Below the pieces are notes generated by a model that saw only the letters and a list, made by a program, of their open reading frames with translations, did no database searches and had not been told where the DNA came from. A stretch of 59,378 bases of DNA from the NCBI RefSeq assembly GCF_000315625.1, contig NW_005434613.1, positions 133,186 through 192,563 of the forward strand, given 5' to 3'. This document shows positions 1 through 12,100 of the stretch, in pieces. Each line of letters starts with the position of its first letter. Position 1 is the first letter of the stretch. The position numbers and the translations under genes are program-made. The DNA is from Guillardia theta CCMP2712 (Eukaryota; Protista; Cryptophyta).

Positions 1-761
1 CCTTCCTCTCCCCCTCCTCCATCTTCCCCCATCTCATCACTCACGGCCTCAAGCTTCCACCGCATGAAGTCTTCCTGCAGCCCAACGGCCGTGTGGACCA
101 GGAGCACTCCCGCGAGCTTCTGATCCCCAACATCCGGCCAGCATACCTCCCCCACCAGCTCCTTCCCTCCCTCCGAGTAGCAGACGCTGCTCCTGCGCAC
201 ACGTCAAGGCGACAAGGAGCACGGGGGAGGACAGCCGACCTTTTCAATGGGTGCTTGCACAGTTTGATGTCTGGCCATGGCGCACACGCTTACTTGAAGA
301 TGGCAGCGACTCTCGTACCTTGATCGTTTCGCCATGCAGTCTTGATCCTCCGCCCGGTCTCTTCGCTCTGGGAAGTACGAGCAGACATGCTGGGAGGTTC
401 AGTCATGCTGCTCTCAAACTGCTCATCGCTGCTGTGGTATCCTACCTTAGGTGGAACGCGGTAGCTGATCTGGCGGCGAGACTACAATGATAGGAGATCT
501 GTCCGCAAAAAGCCTCAGCGAACCTTTCCCCGGATGTTGGTGGAGCAGGTTCGATATGAGAGGAGTCGGTCAAGAAGAAGAAACATCTCTGCATAACGTG
601 ATTGACTCTTATGAAGGATCTGCAGACTAACTTTCTATACGTTCTGTTCCTGTTTTCTACCTTCCCCTCGTTCTCTTCTACCATCACCCGCTCCTCGCCC
701 TCGCCCTCGCCCTCCTCATACCATCAATGCGCTCAGGTAGGCTCGCTTGGGTACGAGCCAT
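1..761 (-). CDS. Dienelactone hydrolase family protein, 5' part (gene runs off the left edge)
   Basis: Exon 192..45 (AG/GT bounded) reads SSVCYSEGGKELVGEVCWPDVGDQKLAGVLLVHTAVGLQEDFMRWKLEA, typical of the DLH N-terminus. The preceding exon SMSARTSQSEDRAEDQDCMAKRS splices in frame. Start uncertain (ATG 761 or 684). Confidence 0.6.
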
Positions 762-1597
762 GGTGAAAGCATCTAAAGTGAATTTGATATCCGGCAAGAT
801 GGGCGACCAGTGCCGTGCCCGCCGCGGCTGAGCCCGGCCGGCCGGGCCCCGCCGGGGGGCCGCACCGTACTCGAGTCCCGGCGCCGGCCGGGGCCCCACG
901 CGGACTCCACTCCAGGCTCCGGTGTGGGCCGACCGCCCGGCGTCAGGAGCCTGACCGTCCGCCGGGCGGCGGGCCGCGCTGCGGCGGCCCGGGGGGCCAG
1001 TGCAACGGGCCCAGTGCCACGGTGACTCGAACCGGGCCCGCGCGGAACTGCGCGCATGACTCTGTGAGACTCTTCAAGCTGAGGCAACCGTTGAACGGCC
1101 TGTTACTTACTGAGTTGTCGGAATCATGAATAACTTAATTGAACTGAGCACAGCGGCAGTGGAGTAAAACACACCGTCCCTGACACAGTGACAAATTCTT
1201 CAGGCTTGAACTTGGAAGTGACCGTCGGACCGACCCACTGAGCTAGCCGCTATGATCGGACTGATTGTGAATGCTGTCAACAGAGTTGCTTTCACTGATG
1301 AGGGTTGAAGGGTCTCACTATGTTACCTCGACATCCATCACCGTGGAAGGAATGACAGTGATCTCTTTCTGCATTGTTCAGAGCTGAGGTAGTTGAGTTG
1401 TTCACACACAGACAAGGTACTCATTTGAAGGTAGTCATTTTGTTGATAATTCACAGCGTGTTGACCTAACTTAGTAATTCACAGCTTGTTGCCCGTCTCG
1501 AAACTCACCGACTCAAAACTCACTCTAACACCAACCTAATCATACACCAGAAAAAAGACAATTTGAGACAACAAGGTTGAACCAGGCATGTCTTTCT

Positions 1598-2180
1598 TCA
1601 ACCATCGCCCTCAGTTGTGCATATGGCATCCAGCGGCTGTCTGACATACCACGAGATCCATCCGGGATCAAGAGAAGGCTCATTCCCATTTTCGATCGCT
1701 GCAACGCTCACTGCTGCTGTCGTCGTCGTCGATGCTTCCTCCTCCTCCCTCTCAATGCTCTCTTCTGACATCGAGCCCTGGCGGTCGGCGCGCTCACGGC
1801 TGTAGGGCCACTTTTCGATGCCGAGCTTGCGGCAGGCGGCCTTGAGGGAGCTGAGCGACACGCCCTGAGCAAGAGAAGTCAGAGGTAGGCGCACAACAGG
1901 ATATATGCTGATGATTACTACTGCGGAGAACACGGAGAAGGGTTGAGGAGAGTGCAGCAGTACAAGAGGATGCAGGCAGCGAGTTCATGGCAGAGTGTAC
2001 CAGCTGTTTCGCAGCGTCTATTTGTCGAAGGCCGAAGAAACTCTCCACCACCTGCCTCGTGAGCTGGATATCATCCCTCCTGTCCGAGTCACGGGGCCTC
2101 GAGCGAACGACCACGCTCACTGTCTCTTGAGGATGCACCTGGTCATCCAACATGAGGCCGTTGACGAGCTCATGTGCCAT
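1598..2180 (-). CDS. RWP-RK domain transcription factor (copy 1, 148 aa, 2 exons)
   Basis: Exons 2180..2001 and 1864..1598 with GT-AG intron 2000..1865 give ...ESFFGLRQIDAAKQL|GVSLSSLKAACRKLGIEKWPYSR...LDPGWISWYVRQPL. Confidence 0.9.
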
Positions 2181-3117
2181 CCTTTCTCTCTCCTCAATCT
2201 TCTTCTGCTCCTCCTCCGACCCGTCGTGCTTGAGGACTCTTCTCCTTCTTCAACTTCTTTCCCGTCGCACCGGCCGTGGGCTTTTTCACTACAACTTTTA
2301 CTCAAATTGTATTATCTGTTTTAAAGTGGATATGCTGACAATAACATTGTTGTAATGAAACTGCCAGGCAAAAGTCACGTTACCAAGATATCGCAGTCTT
2401 TTCTCGTGACACGAACATGATATAAAGCCGCGCAACTAGGCGAGGTTGAATATGATATCAACTAGTTCATCTCTGACAACTCAGAAAGCAGAACGTGGAT
2501 GCTCATTCGTGCTGCAAGCGAGGTAGAAGAGCACCCGCACGCTATAGTTGCAACACGCTATGGTTGTACAGTGTTGCTGAGTAGAGTGTGGATGGCATCA
2601 ATGAGAAACTGAGACAGCCGTCTCAGACTTTGACGACGCTTGATCACTACTCTAAGTGATTGTGAATTCCTGGGCCTCATCTATACTTGGCGTGGTTGGT
2701 TCAAAAGATTTGCTTCTATGCATCTAGATGAGATCCAGCCGTCATGAATACCGAGATGGCAATTTGTATCTGTTTCATCAGACAAAACAATTTATCAACA
2801 ATGACAAACAGAGCAGCACAGGAGCAGAAACATCCGGGCCGCAAGTCTGGCGTCTTCAGTCATGGCAACCTGAGAACCCTGCTATTCCATGACCTCACGA
2901 TTCAAAAGTGCAGTAGTACTCATCATGACAACAGCTCTACACGTTCTCCAGCGCTCAGTGTACTACGGTAGACCACATTCGCTTGTTATGAAGCAAGAAG
3001 AACAACACTAATTGTTCTAGTTACCTCTCGGGGAACTCTATTCTTCATGTCCCTTTCGCCCTCGAAACCTATGCTTTACCCTTACAAAACTTGCTGTTTG
3101 TTCAACTTCCCTTTCAA

Positions 3118-3616
3118 TTAGCCTGTGTCCTCCAAAGCAGACTCCTCTACATACCACGAGATCCATCCGGGATCAAGAGAAGGCTCATTCCCATTTTCGA
3201 TCGCTGCAATGCTCACTGCTGCTGTCGTCGTCATCGATGCTTCCTCCTCCTCCCTCTCAATGCTCTCTTCCGACATGGAGCCCTGGCGGTCGGCGCGCTC
3301 ACGGCTGTAGGGCCACTTTTCGATGCCGAGCTTGCGGCAGGCGGCCTTGAGGGAGCTGAGCGACACACCCTGAGCGATGCATCTGATCAGTAGAAGTCTA
3401 TTGAGGACAAAAAGAGATAGAGGCCAGGGGTAGGAGGTAAATGTTCATCGAGCAATAGGATATGTGACGTAATCGAGGAATTACCAGCTGTTTCGCGGCG
3501 TCTATTTGCCGGAGGTGAAAGAGACTTTGTATTCCCTCCCTCGTCAGCATGATTTCCCCTCGCTTCTCAGAGTCCCGGGGCCGGAAGCGAATGAGAACGC
3601 TGGCATTCTGTTGCAT
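3118..3616 (-). CDS. RWP-RK domain transcription factor (copy 2, 2 exons)
   Basis: Exons 3616..3485 and 3369..3118 with intron 3484..3370 give ...QSLFHLRQIDAAKQL|GVSLSSLKAACRKLGIEKWPYSR...LDPGWISWYV. Confidence 0.88.
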
Positions 3617-5598
3617 TGGAGTGTTGATGGTAATTAGCTTCAACCCCCTTGTATCTGCTGCTCTGCCTTGAAACTTGGATGTAGATCTCCTCCTTGACCT
3701 TCCTCTGCCTCCAACTTCTTGTGCGATCGCTATGTTTTGCCTTCTCTGCCCTCTCAGAACACCCTTGTCCTTCCCTCCAAGATTCTCTTCCCCACTACTC
3801 TGATTCAGTATAATTGCATTATTAGGTTCCAAACAGGCCAAAACTTTTCGAAACTTCGCTGATGTTCTTTGGCTACCCGGTCACCTTGAAAACAATTTTT
3901 TTCGAATTCTTGTTGGTTGCCTCGTGACCAACGGATTCAAAAAATACTCTTTTCGTTCATATCTGGACGATTTATTTTACAACAGGTAGTCAGCAGGCAA
4001 AACAGCACTGGGTGGGGGTAGTCTATGGATATTGGAGGGGTGGAGGTCGCTTCCGGTCGCCGACTCCAGTGCATCGAAGATTTCGTGCTGAACTCAGATT
4101 GAAATAAAGGTGGTTAATTTCAAAAATTTCAACAAAATGATAAATTGATTTCAAACGATTGTCTTGCTGGATACAACACATCGTCGTATCTGATGAAGTC
4201 CTAAACTTGAAAAATCGACAACAATGAGTTTTCTGAAATGAGCGCATGATTCCTATCAGTGGATCGAGAAACTTTGAACAAGACTTGTAAATGAGAGCAT
4301 CACTCTTTGTAGACATGTATCCCTGATTGATTGCGGTGGAACTCTGTAATCCAGTTCTCAAGTTCAAAGATCAGTTCTGTCTGAGCTGCGTTTTTGTTTG
4401 CGACGGGAACATGCATGACGAACTGAAGAGGTATACTACACCAGGGAACTACCATTGTTTGTTCTCAGCAAAACGATGACGTGTTTTTACCCCACACAAA
4501 AAGGACAGTGATAGATGTCTGCAGTAAGTGGGAGGCCTGTGATCGGTGGGGAAACATCGCGTCGCGATGACGCAATTGCGGCGTACTTAATGTTTGGCAG
4601 CTGGACGGATTCAAGAGAGAGAGAAAGGTGAGATTTGTGACAATCTTGCTTCGTGAACATTGCCCTGCGCAGAGCAGAATTTGAGATCTAAGCCAAAGAT
4701 CGGCTGCAATAAACTTTGATCCTTCGACCCCATCATTTTGTAGAATGGAATTGCATCATGATGCCGTTCCTTGCAACTTGATCACCACATCCTACCTCAG
4801 TGCAAACTGGAATTCCCTTTTTCTAAATCATCAATCATCTACATGTAGAAGAAATGAACGTGAGAACGTTCATGTCTCAGTTGTCCATATTTGTCTGCGC
4901 CTTCCTGATTCACCACTGTCTGCTACTGGTAATTCACAATCGCATCATGCTTCCACTCCTGTCTTGATGTCCAAGCGTTGATGCTTGCTCATCAGCTTGT
5001 TTGTAAGCTTGCTCGTCAGCCTATAGTCAATCTACTTACTCTCCCCGCCCGCTGGTTTGCTCGTCCGTCCGAGTGACACTTTTCTCAGTTTTTCCTGGTG
5101 AATGGCTCGCCTGTGTCCTTCATCTTGTCGTTTCAGCTGACTCGCCTGCCTATTTGCCTGTGGTACACAACAACCTTTGGGAGTTAGAAATGTCTTAAGC
5201 AACATTCTTTTGGAATCTGAAATATTTAATTTGAACAATCAATATACCTTTACTAGAACTCAACAAGAAGGGTACGTTACCTCTGCCTGCTGGGGTAACG
5301 TCTTCCCCTCGAACTACACTCAGGGGCTTTGGTGCAGTGTAGTCCATGTCCATAGTATTGCTTGCCCTTCTACCAGCATGTTTGCTGCTTGCATGTCTTG
5401 TCAGTATGTTTGTACGCCTACCTGCCTGTCTGCTTTTCCGTCTATTGAGCGCCTGCGCTCAACTCTTCCTCCGTTGTTCTCTCCCCTCCCGGCCTTCCCG
5501 TTGGCACCTCCAGTTGAGCGATAGTGTTTGTGTTGGAAGTTGTATTATGTCGGAGCAAGAGACATCCGGCGGGGAGGCGCGTGAGGCGTGGGGAGGTA

Positions 5599-5722
5599 GT
5601 GAAGTCCGAGGGCGCTTGCCTGTTACAGCACTGGGGGAGGAGGTGAAGTCCGAGGGCGCTTACCCGTCACGGCATGGGGGAGGAGGTGAAGTGCGAGGGC
5701 GCTTACCTGTCACGGCATGGGG
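5599..5722. repeat. Three imperfect tandem copies of a 43-44 bp unit
   Basis: GTGAAGT(C/G)CGAGGGCGCTT(G/A)CC(T/C)GT...GCA(C)TGGGG starts at 5599, 5643 and 5686. Confidence 0.85.
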
Positions 5723-6196
5723 GCCAACGGGAGTCCTGCCACCGGAAGCATGGCCAACTCCTAAGAAGGTAAAACTTCTGTGGGTGGGGGTAGTATATGG
5801 GAAATGGTAGGGGTGGAAGATTTTTTTTTCTTGAGATTTTCGATTTTTTTGGATTTTTCGAAGTTTTTTTACTCCTTGCTAGAATTGAAGGGCAGAGTGT
5901 GAAGGTAACAAGGGGAATGATGGGATGACACAGGGGATGACAGGCCATGTCCTCTGATCATGTAGAAGCACCTCAGCTCATCATGGCGTGATACGAACCT
6001 TCATCAATCGTGGGATGCAGAGTTGTGTTGTATTGCAGCGGATCCTTTCACTGTCACCAACGGAGGATCGCGATTGTGAGCTTTGCTGAGGCTGACCCGC
6101 CATCTTTTGTGTTTCTCCTTGTTCAATCACGGCCGTTGACGTGTCGATCCTTCCTTGTGGTTTACTGTGGCCTTGGAGGGGAGCAAGCTTGCAGCT

Positions 6197-6393
<197 letters not shown>

Positions 6394-7979
6394 AGTTGAG
6401 AGCAGTCGTCGTGCAGCTGTTGATGGTGCAACTCAAGACAACAATCGACGTCACGTCAGGTGTCGAGGCTCTATCACACAAGCCTGGTTGGGTTGCCATG
6501 GGTGTGAGTGAGGATCTTGATTTTGTAGAAATTGACGAAGAAAGCTGCAGGACGAGTTGCCAAACCAAAAAGAATCATCTTGATAAACGGAAAGGACAAC
6601 TAACGGAGTGCATTCAAGACCAACTTGCTATCTAATTCACCAGGAACACTCCCACTTTAAACAGCTATCAGCAAGGGCGACGAAGCAATCAATCACAGCT
6701 GTGAACGGGCAGCTGATCTCAACTCAATCATGGTACAATCACCATCTCATGAGTGAGATAGTGATGTCTGGCTAGACATTTGCTACTTCCCCCCCCCCTG
6801 ATCAATCCCTGAGATATTGGAGGCATGCAAGGACAAGGCATACTTGTATGGTTTGACGTGACGGTATTCCGTGAGTGCAATGAAAATGGATAAAGATTGC
6901 CTCGCCTGCGCGATCTTTTACATACTACCTTCTCTAAGATGTAGTCGTGATTCCATATTCCATGCATGAGCCAGCTGCTGCGCGTTTGCTGAATAGCATC
7001 TAGAATCCATGTCGCACCTTAGCTCTCATCACAAGCAGTCTCACAGAAAATGCTCATTGATGCCTTGAAGGAAGGAGAAGCTTCGGAGCTCTCACGGGAG
7101 GTATCCTTTGTACTCGTAGCTTTTAACTTGTTAAGTGAACGGGTGCTAGGCAGAAGCTGTGGGAGTTCGATGCAGAGATTGTATCTGTATCCGAACAATC
7201 ATATTCCTGGAGTCATTTTTTCTTTGGAGAATCACAACAATAGCTTTCAAGGCTTTGTCGCTATCACAAATTTGCCGAAGATATATGAAGCACATGAACT
7301 CGCATCAAATGGTTTTCAGCACTTGTATCTGAGATGAATCCTATGGAGAAATAATAGGATCCCAGGACTCTAAGATAGTGGCATGCATGCCCTGTATGTT
7401 TTGATAACGATTTGCATTGGGGACATTATCAAACCCATCGTCCGAGTCGTTCCCACCAAGTACAAATTTCCTGCCTCACTGCGATCGAATGCTCCAATGG
7501 AATCTAAGAATTCCTCCTGCTCTTGAACATTTGGCATCTGACAATCCGATGGTGCATCGGACAACGAGGGGGTGGATGTTGTTGCTCGTTGATCCCTCCC
7601 TCCTACTCCCGCTACAGCCGCCAGCGACTAGCCCCGCCATTACCCCAAAAAAAAATGATTAAAGCTGCAATGTTGACTGAAAGTTTCAACCTCGGTGCCG
7701 TGACTGGGAGCATAATCAGGAGTTCGGGTCCGTGATAGTCATCGACGGTCATCTCCCGATGAATTTGGATTTCAAACAATTTTACTTCAAAATCAAATCA
7801 ATTTGTACCTGGGGATTCCAGTCCACCCCCATGAGCGTCAGAGCTCAGGACAGGGTTGGGTTCTGATATTTGAAAATAATTTCAATGAGCGAATCAATTT
7901 CAATATTTGCGATAACTGAAGTTAAGGAGGCTATGCAGTAAAGAACAAACGCACACCCTTTGATTCCGGTGCCTCGCAA

Positions 7980-8492
7980 ATGCTCGCTACCGCTGCCGCT
8001 CCTATGCCTCCTGCTCCACCTTCTCAGCCTGCTCCTCCTGCTCAGCCTGCTCCTCCTGCTCCACCTTCTCAGCCTACTCTCTCCTCTGTGCTCGTTCAAG
8101 CTCGGCCCCGCGACTCAAACAGGCGCGACAACATTCTCCTCGACCTTTCTAGTATCTCCGCCCTGTACCACCTCAAGCTCTCGCAGGCCGCGCAAGCCTT
8201 GGGCATCTCCCTCACCTCGCTCAAGACTGCATGCAGAAAGCTTGGAATAGAGAGATGGCCCTACCGGAGGAGGGATGAAGAGACGGAGAGCGACGAAGAC
8301 CAGCTCGCCCATCAGCCTGTAGCAGGACGCAAACACGCGCAGGAGGATCGTGTGGGTGAAGGGAGGGAGGAGGAAATTCAGTTCAACAACGATTGGATCG
8401 CGTGGTACATGTCATTTCCTCTGGAAGAAGAAAGCAATGGGATGGAGGACGTGGATTGGAGTGATGACTCGAGCTCACAATTTCAACGGTAA
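7980..8492 (+). CDS. RWP-RK domain transcription factor (copy 3, 170 aa, intronless)
   Basis: Single ORF containing RPRDSNRRDNILLDLSSISALYHLKLSQAAQALGISLTSLKTACRKLGIERWPYRR, with C-terminal DWIAWYMSFPL. Confidence 0.92.
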   Translation: MLATAAAPMPPAPPSQPAPPAQPAPPAPPSQPTLSSVLVQARPRDSNRRDNILLDLSSISALYHLKLSQAAQALGISLTSLKTACRKLGIERWPYRRRDEETESDEDQLAHQPVAGRKHAQEDRVGEGREEEIQFNNDWIAWYMSFPLEEESNGMEDVDWSDDSSSQFQR

Positions 8493-9139
8493 TGCAAGTT
8501 GATCAGGAGAAAGATGGCAGAGCGATCGTCTATTGGTTTTTCCTGCAAATACTATGGTTCTTGATGTTTTTCTGAATGGGTCCAAAAAGGAACAACCCTT
8601 CAACACATGATTAGTATCCGCAGGAGGAAAAGCAATCATTATCAGTCTTAAAACAGAGTGCACATCACTAAACAGAGTGCATATCACTTCCATCTTGTGC
8701 ATTCAATCTTGCATTTCCACTTTTTTGTCTCAGGCTCGAACAAATCTTGCTTCCATCAAAAGTTTTCTTCTGTCTCAGATGGAATTCTGGTTTGACTCCC
8801 TCTTGAAAGATGACACCACCAACATTTGATTCTTCGAAATGTGAAGCAATTTGTACCAAACAATGTCATTTGAAAGTAGAGCTGAGCTGCAATTTTCGAA
8901 TAATTAAAGAATTTCAGGACACTATCAATTTAGTTCTTCATGTGTGTGGTAGAAATAGTCTTGCTAAATTTCAGCACAGTAGTTGTGTTGACAACTTTGC
9001 TGACGAAGAAACTCTGATAATCAATTCCAAGGTTGGAGAAGTCCACTTTCGTATCATCTGAGATCACAACAGACATTCTCTTTACTCACATTTGACAACA
9101 CAGGTCTCAATGAATACAACTCAAGCTCAAGCTCGTCTG

Positions 9140-12100
9140 TCACGCGTTCGGCGGCTCGTACGCGATCTGTCCGGACTCGGGGTTGAAGTAATAATGGAGC
9201 AATCCCACTGCGCTCACGTCAAGAATTCTCTGCAGCATGTTGACCCTCACCGTAAGGCGGATGATCCCCACTGCCAGTCTTGATGATCCAACCCGGCACT
9301 GTAGGAGGCTTCCACACCTGCTCATGCCATTAGCGCCACCATACCATTCCCACCTCCTTGTTGTTCTCTCCTCCTCCTCTCCTCCTCTATTACCTTCTGC
9401 TTCGTCTCCGAGTTATGGTAGAACCACGCATTCCTTCCCTTGCTCCAGTGCACCTGCTCGAGCAGTCATCGAGACTGTCACAGACGTGCTGTCAAGAGAG
9501 CTCTCACCGTCCACTGCTTCCCCTCCTGCCGCATCCTCTTGGTCTTCGAGTCATCCGCTTTCAGTCTGTCTCCCTCCGCACTCATCGCTCGGTTGCTCGC
9601 ACTCTCCTCGTCCAGACTTTCAACGTGAGACCCCCGGGAGGAGACGGATCCAAGCTCCATCAACTCGCTTCCCGATGAGTAGTCGTCCTGCTCCACCTGC
9701 ATGCTCATCTGCCACCCGCTCGACTCGCACGCGCTCGTCGCGGTCATCCCAGCTGGAGGCTCCAGAGACTTCGCCCATGTGCTCGTGTTGATCAGCTTCA
9801 TCAGCCATTCAGACCGCGCCTGCGGCTGCTCTCCTCCTTCAAGCACCTCTGCCTTCTTCAGCCCTCCCCACTGCTCGAACCCGACGACCAGTACCATCAG
9901 CCCGCTCCGCTTCAGCAGGTTCATCCGCTGGATCCACAGCCCCGCTGGCTTGTGGGACAAGCCTCGCTGGCTGCTGCTCTGCATGCAGTCGTCCCTCGCG
10001 TAGATCTCGATGGTTGTCGCCACGCCGTGTAGCTTGAAGCCCAGGGAACTTCCGCACTCGTGCACGGCAACGGCGCGTTCGAACTTGGTGTTCATGCTCG
10101 ACAGCACCTGCGCAATGTCGTCGAATATCTCCGAGTTCGCGGCTGCCCTCCTGGCATCCATGTCGATTCCAAATTGCTTCAGAGTCTCTTCCAGGGCTTG
10201 AAACCCCTCGCTCAGCTGCGACAGGATCGCCTCAGCTCCTGCTCCTCGTTGTCGCAGCCACACGCAGTACTGCATCAGCATGACCACGTGCGTGTCGTCA
10301 AGAACGTTCTTGTTCGTCTCCTTATCGTTCCCCATCTTGACCAGCCGGTTGTCGCCCAAGAACAAGGTGCCGCTCTCCCACGCAGCGATGAAGTCACCTA
10401 CCAGTTTCACCTGCACTCGCTCGATCTCTGGGTTCTCCTGGTTCGAGTAACGGCAGAGCGAGATGACCCACAGCAGCTCAGCGATGACGTCGTAGGGAAC
10501 ACCTCTAAGCTCCTTCTCGCATGTCGTGTGCACAGCATTCAGCAGAATATTCTCAACCTTGTCGTCGTGCGTTCCCAGCAGCCCCAGCGAGACCAGGATC
10601 GACACACAGTCCTTGAGCAGCGTCCATTGCCCACCCGAAGTCTCGTCAGATATCTGCAGCAGCCTCGACGTCAGCATCGGCTGGATGATCTCGATGCTCT
10701 GCATGTTGCGAATGTGCGCACGGGCTATCATGGCAATGTGGTGACACGTCATGCTCGCCAGCAACGAGGCCGCCTGGTCCACCATCGTCCGGAAGGCACG
10801 CAGGTTGTAGTGCCCGCAGTAGGGATAGGCTCCCAGCAGCTCGACGATCTGCTGGGCGTTGAGGGTGGAGAAGACCTCAGGGCTCATGATCCTCTCCAGC
10901 ACGATGTTGATGGAAGAGCTCACAGACGACTGGTAGGTGCTTGGGAACTTCCCGCAGGCCACGAGGATGGAGCAGAGCGGGTCACCTGCAAGGAGGGAGA
11001 GGTACTCGGGCTTGTGGCAGTGGAGCAAGACTGAGTGCACAGCCGCGCTGATGCTCTCTAACGCCTCCTTTGACAACTTTGACAAGGCAGAGGCCCACCT
11101 GCCGACAGCGTCCGCCCACACTCGGCCAGTCAAGGCGCACATGCGATCTTCCTGGGTCCAACGGATGATCTCTTGGATGAGCTCAGGTTTGATCCTGACT
11201 TCCATCCTGCTGCTCCCATACGGCATGAGATCGAACTCGACGAGGAACTCAGTCAGAGTCTCCGCCAGGAAGACAATGTCCTGCACGCTCAGAGCACGGA
11301 CGACCTCAAAGGTCCTCTCTTGCAGCCCAGAGCACATGAGAGCCGAGGCGAGCCGGGTCTGGTGGACAGGAGGCGAGTGCAAGAGCAGCTTGTAGATCGC
11401 CATGATGTGATTGGGCTGCAGCATCCGCAAGTTCCCGAAGACGCAGGCGAGTCGTTCAACGAAGAGAATGGCTGAATTCCTGTCAGTCACACCGCGGAGA
11501 GCCACGTCAGGCTCGCTCAGGTTGATCCGGAGGTCAGTAAGGTAAGGTCTCAGCCGCAAGTTGTCAAAGAAATATTTTGACTTCTCGAGATCTTGTCCAG
11601 AGAGCGACTCCCACCTCTCTTTCAGGACCGTCAAGACATTCCACCCCATCACGCTAAGGAGGTCATGCTTCAGCCTTACCCAGCCCCTCAGCCGCAAGTT
11701 GCCGTCGGAGGTCAAACTCGCATTGTTCACCAGCACCAGATCGCCCTTGTCCACCACGTCGATCACAACGCACTTGTTCCTTAGACACAGGGCCGGACAG
11801 TAGCCGCAATCATCCAAAATTTCTTCCTTGGAGAGTTGCAGACCAAAGCTGTTGGCCAGCTCCAGCATCTCATTGATGATTGGGACTCGTGCTTCTGCCA
11901 TCGTCAGGTCTGTGAAGCGACAGCGAGCATGAAAGGCCAGCAGCTTCCAATCTTCACTCTGACTCACAAGCTGCTTGAAGAGCTCGGGTGCATAATTCTT
12001 GTACGACAAAAAGAACAAGTGCATCCGAGGCAGCAACTCCCACTCCAGCTCATGCTCCAGGTCGGATGGCAGACTACCCGGTGTGCCCCAGCGGACCCGC

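Noticed and set aside
773-1129. Pro/Gly/Arg-rich ORFs in GC-rich islands (also 30641-30926, 31083-31415)
   Set aside because: Open on both strands because of GC richness and with no family features; 31381 may still be a short first exon of the RING gene.
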